Source of the DNA: Adineta vaga | Lineage: Eukaryota > Animalia > Rotifera | Reading direction: 5' to 3' | Assembly (NCBI GenBank): GCA_021613535.1 | Contig: CP075497.1 | Location: 186,001 to 250,000 of the forward strand | Length of the DNA: 64,000 nt | Part shown: piece after piece, positions 53,801-64,000 of the stretch | How positions within the stretch are numbered: the first letter of the stretch is position 1 | Layout of the letters: each line of letters starts with the position of its first letter | Position numbers and translations under genes: made by a program | Notes under the pieces: model-generated | The model's input: only the letters and a program-made list of their open reading frames with translations | Told to the model about the DNA's origin: nothing | Databases searched by the model: none

Positions 53801-55395
53801 TCACCCATGTTAAGTTAGGAATATAGGAATAGATATAGTTTCATTTATATATAGATATATATACCTCACCCATGTTAAGTTAGGAATATAGGAATAGATA
53901 TAGTTTCATTTATATATAGATATATAGATATATATACCTCACCCATGTTAAGTTAGGAATATAGGAATAGATATAGTTTCATTTATATATAGATATATAT
54001 ACCTCACCCATGTTAAGTTAGGAATATAGGAATAGATATAGTTTCATTTATATATAGATATATATACCTCACCCATGTTAAGTTAGGAATATAGGAATAG
54101 ATATAGTTTCATTTATATATAGATATATAGATATATATACCTCACCCATGTTAAGTTAGGAATATAGGAATAGATATAGTTTCATTTATATATAGATATA
54201 TAGATACCTCACCCATGTTAAGTTAGGAATATAGGAATAGATATAGTTTCATTTATATATAGATATATATACCTCACCCATGTTAAGTTAGGAATATAGG
54301 AATAGATATAGTTTCATTTATATATAGATATATAGATATATATACCTCACCCATGTTAAGTTAGGAATATAGGAATAGATATAGTTTCATTTATGTATAG
54401 ATATATATACCGTAAACATGTTAAGTTAGGAATATAGGAATAGATATAGTTTCATTTATATATAGATATATATACCTCACCCATGTTATGTTAGGAATAC
54501 AGGAATAGATATAGTTTCATTTATATATAGATATATATATACCTCACCCATGTTATGTTAGGAATACAGGAATAGATATAGTTTCGTTTATATATAGATA
54601 TATATACCTCACCCATGTTAAGTTAGGAATATAGGAATAGATATAGTTTCATTTATATATAGATATATATACCTCACCCATGTTAAGTTAGGAATATAGG
54701 AATAGATATAGTTTCATTTATATATAGATATATATACCTCACCCATGTTAAGTTAGGAATATAGGAATAGATATAGTTTCATTTATATATAGATATATAT
54801 ACCTCACCCATGTTAAGTTAGGAATATAGGAATAGATATAGTTTCATTTATATATAGATATATATACACTCACCCATGTTCAGTTAGGAATATAGGAATA
54901 GATATAGTTTCATTTATATATAGATATATATACCTCACCCATGTTAAGTTAGGAATATAGGAATAGATATAGTTTCATTTATATATAATATATATATATA
55001 TACCTCACCCATGTTAAGTTAGGAATATAGGAATAGATATAGTTTCATTTATGTATAGATATATATACCTCACCCATGTTATGTTAGGAATATAGGAATA
55101 GATAAAGTTTCATTTATATATAGATATATATACCTCACCCATGTTAAGTTAGGAATATAGGAATCGATATAGTTTCATTTATATATAGATATATATACCT
55201 CACCCATGTTAAGTTAGGAATATAGGAATAGATATAGTTTCATTTATATATAGATATATATACCTCACCCATGTTAAGTTAGGAATATAGGAATAGATAT
55301 AGTTTCATTTATATATAGATATATATACCTCACCCATGTTAAGTTAGGAATATAGGAATAGATATAGTTTCATTTATATATAGATATATAGATAT
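32851..55395. repeat. ~22.5 kb tandem array of a 65-bp unit (roughly 340 copies, estimated from length/unit)
   Basis: Consensus ATGTTAAGTTAGGAATATAGGAATAGATATAGTTTCATTTATATATAGATATATATACCTCACCC; frequent 73-bp variants with an extra AGATATAT. Confidence 0.98.
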
Positions 55396-57377
55396 GTTTG
55401 GAAAGTTTTAGTGAGAGCAAAATGTTTGTTAGAATCGAATGTTCAAGTGAAATCGCGTTAGATGTAGGTCTTTTTCAGCTTGTGCTGATATAGGTATGGA
55501 GAAAGAACACCTTCAAAATGTCGGGCTTTCGAGGATAGTGGACTTTCTAGTGTATCTGTCCTTCGGGGGTATCTGTCCTTCGAGGGTACCGGGTTTTCTG
55601 CGCGGCGCCTACTCCTTCCTCGGACCCACGCGCTGCTTAGGAGCGCATTGTGGGTCTTTGGGGTTTTTTGATAAATGGACCCTGCAGGCGAGTGAATGAG
55701 TGTAGCGTGGGTGTCTCGCTTTCTTTGACGATCAGTTAACAGCAGATTTCTTGATTTTCAAAGGTGATGAATTTGTTTTATTCGGGATAGTAATATATAT
55801 GCTTATGATCCATCTGCTTCTGCTAGAAGGCTGATTTCGTAAATTTCTAAATTTTCAAGTGTTTCGAACAACGATCACGGCGATACTCCCCTTTACACAC
55901 AAGCTCAAGATTTCAATCGCTCATATATAATATTTGAATTATTGAACTGAATGATTCAGAATTGAGATCGAAAGTTTTGGTCTTACATTCCTTTATAAGT
56001 ACACTCACACGCTCAAATTTATATGACTGTGTTTATCTATATCTATACAACTATAACTGTATAACAATAAATAAATCTATTCCTGTCGTTGCCTATTCTA
56101 TACAGTGTCGGTAAGATAGGTTTATTTGTTTATTTTATAAATCATATATGACTGTGGTATAGCCATTTGTTTCATAATTCGCAAAATGCAACTCATGCGA
56201 TATTCTCTTATAGTGAAACCACGACAACTATTACTTCGAGTCATCTATATCTGTATATTTTTGCGAATTTACTCGTATACTCGTGTAAATCGCGATATTG
56301 AATAATATATAGCATCATCATCGCCGTTCATGGGACAACTTTGAGCAGTAATATGCAACTATTTTGAAAAGTTTTAATCGGAATTTTCAATTGAAAAACT
56401 TATCTTACGAAATTGTTTTACTTTCAGCTGAAATAAATTTTTTAAATTGATAACAAAATTTTCTATTGAAACCGAATGTCACATTTGATTTGTATGCCAT
56501 GTTAGGGGTAGGGATAGATTTAGTTTAAGACTGAATTATATAGATATACATAGGTATTATTGTTTTTGTAGGAGTATATTTAAGTTCTGATTTAGTTTGA
56601 TATATTGAGGAATGCGTGCAGGTTGGAAATTATCACTAATGATGGATAGGTTTGTTTTGTGTTTGCATATATATTCCTATAGTTTTTCTTTTAAGTTCAT
56701 GAATGGAGAGAAAGTACTTTTTTCTTTCGTGTTTTGTTAATTTGATTTGAATAGGTTGGATTTATATTGATTTAAAATTTTTCTACTTCATTTTAATATT
56801 TTTAGAAATTATTATACTGAGTATAATATTTATTTTTCTATTTATTCTTTGGGTGCATATCATTTAGTTGCGTTTTTTTGTTCCAGGGGTTGTACGAATT
56901 TTATTATATGAATATAGTCTTTGCTGTGATGGACGAGAAGAAGGAAAGAATTGTCGAGGTGAATACTGCACTTTGGTCTATACATCTTCAGAAAGAAGAT
57001 GTTTTATATAGGCGTCTCTATTACATTCTTTGTTTTACGTTTGCTGTTAGTAATCAATTCAAGGGTAAATGTTGTTGAAATTTAGTCGGATTCGTTTCGA
57101 TTTATATACGTCGACGGTATGTTACCTTTGTTTGTGGGTATGTATAAATATCGAAATTTTATTCGTACATAGAAGTGATAAATTTTTCGTCGATTCATCC
57201 GCTGTACCGTCGAATTTATATTTTTTATTTTAGAATGCGTGATTAAGTCTATCAAACATTATTACTGTTATTATTCAAGTGGTGAAATTCGTTATTATTG
57301 ATTTATTTTTGAATTTAAATATTCTGATACATATTTAAATCTTATCAAATATTTGTTTGCTGAAAAGTCGTTTGAAT

Positions 57378-60300
57378 ATGTTGTCTCGTTTACAAAAGCC
57401 AAGTCTTCGTGATTTTATGATGATGCAAGGACAAACTCGAACACGATTATGTGTTAATAGTGCCATTTTTGATCCATGTGAAAAGTTGACGGAATTAACA
57501 CCGTTTGAAAAGGCATCACTTATGTCTTGGTATTCCGACACCACTGTTGACAAAGGTCTCAATCTGTATATATTGTTACATTATTTATCTGCTGTGAATA
57601 ACAATTCATATTATTATCACTATGTAAATAATGGTAATCCTGATGGTACAAATATGTTCGGACATGTGATTGGTACATCTGGTAATTATTGAAAATATAT
57701 CGCTATCTATTTTCCAAACAACGCGTCATCTTTACATAGGTAGTGGTAAATCATCAGCTTTAACACCTCATATGGATGCGTTAAATCGAACGTTGTCACA
57801 AATGGATATCAAGCAAGAATATATCCAAAAACCAAATAAAAACATCGAGTTGTTATTTGAACAACCATTCATTGTTTCAAATGTAAGAAAAACATTGTAG
57901 ATACTATTTTATTTGTTTTATCGTATTGTAGTCGACAACTCTTCAAGTATTCCGAAGTTTAATATATGGTAATCGCATATTGTGTTCGACCGAATGCGAT
58001 ACATTACTTTCGAATTTGGGTGTTTATGGAAATCAATACAATGATCCTCGTTTTGCTGAAAATGTCAATATGCTTATTCAAATGTTCGATGGAACTAAAC
58101 ATCAGAATCGAGCAACTCTTTCCACATCATACAATATTCCTGAAGGAAGACGTGCTTCAATTATTGGTGCAAGTGTTGGCGATCCATATGCACGTGTATC
58201 TCAACAACATTACGAGTAGGACTGAATAAGACTTTGAATTTTTCTAAATCTATTCATCTACATAGAGGAAATGGTGTTAGTGGTGCTCATAATCGTTTCA
58301 CACATTATCCTTGTCCTGTTATGAAAGCTATCAAAACCAATTCTGGTACCAGTGGAGTGGTATCGAATATGGTACCATCACTTCAACATGTATATACAGT
58401 ATCGTTTTTGCTGGATAAAGTTGAATATATCCCACGACAGAATGTATATGACAAATCCGAAAAGAAACAATCAAGTAAATATGCTTTTCAATTTATTCAT
58501 GATGTTTGTTTATTTTTTCCTCTAGACGTATTTCATTCGGACGTTGAAGAGAAATGGAATCGTTTACGTCCGACATCTGATCGTGAATATTGTCACTCGC
58601 CTTCAAAAATCAAAATTGATCTTGAAGCAGCTGAAAATGATGCTTCATATGAACACAGTAAAAGTGCTCATTATTATATGTTCAATCGTGTTTATCAGCA
58701 ATGGCAAGAAGCTACAGAAACGGAAAAACAGGAACATGAAGCTATCATTAGCTTTAAAAATTCAACGAAAATTCCTCGGTAATAAATATTCAGTGTATGC
58801 ATTTTGAATTATTTGTTATTGACCAAATTTAGTTTTATTTGTAATTTTGCTCGATTTCGAACAATTATGGATATTTTATGGGATGATGATGTGTATCCAT
58901 TGATTGAAATATCAGAAATCGTTAAATCACCATACCGTGTTTCCGATGATTTTATTGACGCTGTTAAAAAGGTTATCGAAAAACGATTTCCAGTAAATTT
59001 ACGTACAGATGATGGCACGAAAATCGTCGTTATTGAAAAAAGCACTGCTATTATGGGTGACTTATTTTTTGGTCATGTTGACTATGTGTCTCGACAATTG
59101 TTTGATCTATCTTCAATTCAAGAAAAATTTAGTGCATCTCCGATTGTATCTCGATTACAAAATAGGTATGTTTTTCTTTACTTGACTTGCGCGATTTATT
59201 TCATTAACAGTAGTGGTGGTGCCCAAGAAAAGAACAGTTCCGGTGTAACTGTGTATGCCGATGCTTTGGTTATAATCTTATCGAAATTCATTTTTTTTTC
59301 AACAGCTACATTCACTTCTTATCGAGAATTTCATAACAATAAAGAACGATTATCGGCAGCGATCAAATACTTAATTGACAATGGATTAGTATTTCAACCA
59401 TTGAACAAAAGTCGATTTATCAAAGGAACTCGTTCAAGTTATGCAATGGCAACACCCAAGCAAATCAAGCAAAATAACTTGGCTATTGAAGCATTGATCA
59501 ATTTGAATTTAACTACAATTGATTATGAACAATTGTGGCAAGATTGCTTATTATTTTCACCTGATGTTGCATCAAAAATCGATAAAACTGCAATTGATCA
59601 TATTAATTCTAATTTAATTGATTATATTTCAATTATTCACCGTTTGGGTGATGCCAATGATCCTGTTGCTCAAGAAATTTTAAAGCCTGGCTTATTTAAT
59701 GGTCAAATTGGTATCAATCCTTTAGCAAATACATTTTCTTTGTCACCAGAACACACCCTTCAATCCAAAGATGATGATTACATTACGAATCTAATGCATA
59801 AACTGTGCATTTCGGCTGTTGCTCAAACCCAAAACAACGACTCATCAAAAAAAGAACGAACGTCATTAACCGTCCACAATCATCCGATCAATAATACTGA
59901 AACAACCATGATCGATTTATCTGAAAATGTTCAACGGCTACAAACGCAATTCCAATCTTCATCAATTTCTATCGATGTTCTTTCAAGTAAAAACGATCGA
60001 ATCGAAAATTCTAGAGATCAAGTTTTATTGAAAGAAAAAGGTAAGCTGTTATCATATAAAAAATATGTCTTTATTAAATATTTTGATTTGTTTGCAATCC
60101 AGGGAATGAAACTTTTTCAATGTCGCATATGGACAGCATCATCATGAATGAATATGTAAACGTATCTGAAGCACTCGATACTGGTAAAATGATTTTTCAC
60201 ATAGATCAAATATATTTGATTTTTTTTTCTTAAGAATTGGAAAATAATCATGCGAAAACGAAAATTATCCACAATGATGTAGAAATTATTTATAACATGG

Positions 60301-61740
60301 ATTATACAAGTAAAAGACATTGACTAATATTCCCTTGTTGTGATATTATTTTTATTCTTTCCTCAGATAATTCAACTTCAGATATTAATAAATCCTTACC
60401 AACTGCTTTCAAAAGTATCGTTGTAGAAAATATGTCCGCTATTGATATCATGAATATTGATACAGCAACTGACCGTATGTAAAACATATATCTTAATGCG
60501 AATCTTTTATCCGTTCATTTAGTTTCGACTTCTGTTGAATATGATTATGTACTCGATGTTTCTATGAATATTCATACTGCTGATTCAAGTTTACAACAAC
60601 AACAACAACAACAACGACGAAATCAGGTCTTATATTTCTAATGATTTCATTGGATTTTCAAACTATCTTCTTTAGGAATCGTTTTCTGAACTTTCATCAT
60701 TTGTTTCAACTGAAAAGAATAATGACGAACATCATGATTATTTTGAATCCAATTCTATGGAAACCGGTATCTAGACAGTTGAATTTTTTCTCATGCATCT
60801 AGTGGTCACATTTAGATTTTCAATCCGATTTCAAAACAACATCATTTTCCCATACAACATCTACTGAATATATCAATGTATCAAAAGATATGAATGAAAA
60901 TTCTACTGAAAGCAATACTGAAAGCAATACCGAACCAAATACAACTCCTGGTAAAATCAACAAAGTTTTATATAATCTTTTATTTTTATATTTTTCTAAA
61001 TTAGAACTTGTTGCTTTATCAAAGAGACTTATGTTAAAATCATTTATTGCATTTACAAAAACAGATGTTACTCGATTATTTAATAGTGCTGAAACAAAAA
61101 ATTCTGTTATTGGATATTTAAAACATCATAAATTGATTAAGGAAATTGCTGATTTATTTGTATCAAGTATTCCAACAAAAAAAACAATCAAATATGAGAC
61201 TGGCTATGTAAAAATATTTCCTGCTTCTAAATCGGCATCTGACACATCTTCTTTTGAATCCAAACTTCGAGTAACAGTTGGAATTGGATTAGATGAATAT
61301 ATTGATAATGTTTTGATCGATGAAAACTTACCGACAGAAAGTCCAATTGTTAACAACATATTTAATACAACATATCATAAATGGTTATTAAATCGTCATT
61401 GGTACGATAAAATCAAAGCTGGAGAAGTTAATGTATATTTTCAAAACAAAGTTAAATGCTTAGAAGAGAACATTAGTTCTCCTATTCAGCCTATTACTAC
61501 AATATCAAAGGATAACGGTAAAGAAACATTCAATTCTTTTCAATTCAATTGTATAAAAAATTTCATTTTTTTACTTCAGTTATTGATTTGTTTGATCAGC
61601 CACGCTCCAGTATGACTTCTACTCAACGAACAGACAAGGAATTACGACGACTTGGTGTTAAACGACAAAAAAAGTCGAATAATGAACCATTACCAAAACG
61701 ACAACGAAAACCAAAACGATTTCCTGACGATGATCAATAA
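57378..61740 (+). CDS. Multi-exon DUF3987-like (MCM-related AAA+) P-loop ATPase/putative helicase with possible winged-helix regions and a basic C-terminal NLS
   Basis: Splicing 57682-57739, 57883-57931 and 58216-58265 gives NMFGHVIGTSGSGKSSA (Walker A), ILCSTECDTLL (Walker B-like), LIQMFDG...RAT, SIIGAS and SGAHNRF (Arg finger); ends PKRQRKPKRFPDDDQ-stop; start codon and exons at 60.0-60.9 kb uncertain. Confidence 0.7.
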
Positions 61741-62187
61741 TTACGAACTAATGTATATTTTTATCCTTATCATGTGTGTATTATTTCCATTGATTTTCTA
61801 ACTTCATTTCCATCATTAATATTTGATTTTGTTTTTATATTTGTCTATATTATGTCTATTTCTTCTCACTTTCTTGAGAAAACCTTTTGAAGATTGTTCT
61901 TGTAGTTTTTCTTCTTTCATATTTGAAAATGATTTTCTTTTCTATTCTATACGAAAGAAATTAATAATTGTTATATTTTCATTTCTAGTTGTGAAAATAA
62001 TCTTCTTTCTTTCTATTCCTATTTTAATTTTATTGTCAATCATTGTTATTCTTATCAACATATATAATAAAGAAAGAAGATAAGAAGCTCGAACCGATTG
62101 AAAGCATTCTTTATGCACTAAATAACTTTTTGATTTGATAGCATCTTATTCAAACTTCTAGATAGTACACAAACATTACTATTAGCA

Positions 62188-64000
62188 ATGGACATATCAG
62201 AATCTAATAGAAAATTCTTGTTGAATATTTTCCAATATATTGCACCATCACATATAGCTTTATTCTTACGTCTTATTAGACTGTATCCAATGAATATTCT
62301 CAACGATAATAGGAAGAGAGAACAAACGATTTTGACTATTGTTAATGAAGTTACTGGTAATAACTATCAAGCCGATATTTGGCCAAACATCATGTCGATT
62401 AATCGTCTACCAGAGTTAGTTGAACAAGTTCTACTCAATGATGAACATCAACGATTATTATCGGCTATTGAAAAGTTACAAACAAGATTTGAATTACAAC
62501 CACATCGTTTTCGAATCTATCAACTACTTCCAAAAATCAAAATATGTGTTATATGTGGAAATCAATTGGGAGAAGCCATTTTCGATGAAATATGCATTAT
62601 TATAGGTCGTACTAATATAAATCATGGAGTACTTTATAAGAATGAATGCTGTAATATTGTTTATAAATATGGACATGCACGCAATCGACGAACACGTGAA
62701 AGATTTGTTGTACCAAATGCAATATTCAAACAAGAATATATTCATTTATTCGATCATTTAATATATGAACGCTTATTGTTAATTGGATTTACTAATCTTA
62801 TTCAACAAGCGGCATCGAACTTTCAAACATATACAAGTGCAACTAACGCTGATATTGATCAAAATCGACATTTTAATGAACAAGATTCTACTCAAGATAA
62901 ACTGCAATCAAAATCGTTTGCATCAGTAAATATTGTTAAATGATTATCGATGAAAAAATTCTCATTTTTTTCGATTATTCTCATATTAGACTTGGATATG
63001 GTTTGAAATATCTCGATATCTATTGTTTATGACTAATTCACAGACCATTCAAATTCCAGATATTATCCAGCGCTTATCTCATGATTTATATTTCGAAGCA
63101 AACAGCCTTTATTTTTATGAACTTTTCGTTAAATTTTGGTCTCGACATGGGCAAGTCAAAGGATGTGAATGTCAAGCCAAAGACACATGTATGCTCAATT
63201 TTGTTTTTGACACACATATGAAGGCGCATCGATTAGTATGTGCATACACTGGATCATGTGATGAATCAATACCAGAATTAGGACCTGTAGCTATTGGCTG
63301 TCCTCGTCCACCACTTCGTTCATCATCAAGTATATTAAAAAATGAATTAGGTATGTACAGAGAAGATTGTTCATAATACAGTTGTTGATTCTATGTATTT
63401 TTTTCTTCGAAGTTAATGATAAGATGAAATGTAAATACTATTGTATAAATCATTACAATCAATCTTTAATTAAAAATGATTCACACGATCCTTTAGTTAC
63501 TGAAGCACTTGAACGAGATCGTATTGCAGATTTATTCGAAGCAAATGATGAATGTACCGTTCATCGTGATGAAGATGATAGAGAACATAAACGACGTACT
63601 GCTGGATTTATGGCTATAGTATCCAATTGTAACATTATCATAGGATGGAATGAAAGTGTTCGTTCTGAAGGAATGCGTCGTAATACTTATCATCTATTAA
63701 AATACCTTCATTTAGGTGGAATATTACCACCAGCTGCTGCATATGATTCAGCATGTACTTTTATTGCATATTTAAAAAATCAATATTGTTTATCAATTCA
63801 ACAATCACCTTATGTCGATGAGTTATTACAAAAAAAATACTGTATTGATAGATTTCATAGACGTAACCATACACGACCTGAATGTAAATCAACGTTATCA
63901 TGTTCACATCCTGATAATCGCCCATTTTTCGATAATGAAAATACACAAGTGTGTGAACAATTATTTTCTCATTTCACAAAACTCAAAGCTACTTTACGAT
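62188..64000 (+). CDS. KDZ (Kyakuja-Dileera-Zisupton) transposase with CxC-type cysteine clusters; runs off the window
   Basis: Exons 62188-62925, 62990-63350, 63413-end; CVIC...CCNIVY, FVFDTHMKAHRLVC, GC..PP, YYCINH, RTAGFMAIVSNCNII, RSEG, YDSAC, IDRFHRRNH...C, NTQVCEQ; no stops. Confidence 0.88.

Larger units (their letters stand above)
32733..64000 (+). mobile_element. Putative giant KDZ DNA transposon (left part): unique terminus, 65-bp array, AAA+ ATPase gene, KDZ transposase
   Basis: Host gene interrupted at the left edge, no host-type genes afterwards, two co-oriented genes including a transposase; right end and TSD not visible. Confidence 0.6.

Noticed and set aside
32851-55395. Array as a CRISPR locus or a coding repeat
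   Set aside because: No unique spacers, no cas genes, eukaryotic context; the 65-bp period is not a multiple of 3 and no long ORF exists
32851-55395. Splice-like words in the minus-strand unit (CTAAC, GGTGAG, AGGTAT)
   Set aside because: No polypyrimidine tract/acceptor geometry; such short words are expected by chance
55496-55699. 67-aa ORF in the GC island
   Set aside because: No recognisable motif; explained by local GC richness
57209-57217. GTCGAATT as an inverted copy of the candidate left terminus
   Set aside because: Only 8 bp, and the host gene does not resume after it
61823-62083. Hydrophobic 86-aa ORF between the ATPase and transposase genes
   Set aside because: TTG start in T-rich intergenic DNA; hydrophobicity follows from base composition

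Overview
AT-rich eukaryotic DNA with ~50-60 bp GT-AG introns. It is most consistent with a bdelloid rotifer (inference from TGTGGG/TGAGGG telomere-type repeats, an Athena-type Penelope-like RT, and expanded ART-TPR and F-box/LRR families). Left half (1-32.7 kb): an accessory region with two intronless foreign-looking enzymes (nucleoside hydrolase; etherase-type GST), an HFRGG-type membrane protein, an F-box/LRR gene, LRR and ART-TPR pseudogenes, a decaying Sec61-alpha paralog, two Athena remnants (one with a hammerhead ribozyme and a tRNA-like fold), a complete piggyBac with TTAA TSDs, fold-back MITEs and many tiny telomere-repeat motifs. Right half: an ART-TPR gene is cut mid-domain at ~32730. 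It is followed by ~120 bp of unique DNA, a ~22.5 kb array of a 65-bp unit, a multi-exon gene for a DUF3987-like (MCM-related AAA+) P-loop ATPase whose Walker A is split by an intron, and a co-oriented multi-exon CxC/KDZ (Kyakuja-Dileera-Zisupton) transposase running off the window. My best interpretation is one giant (>31 kb) KDZ transposon carrying a helicase-like ATPase and a huge subterminal array. The right end is outside the window, so this linkage is unproven. All family calls are by-eye motif recognition; no searches were run.
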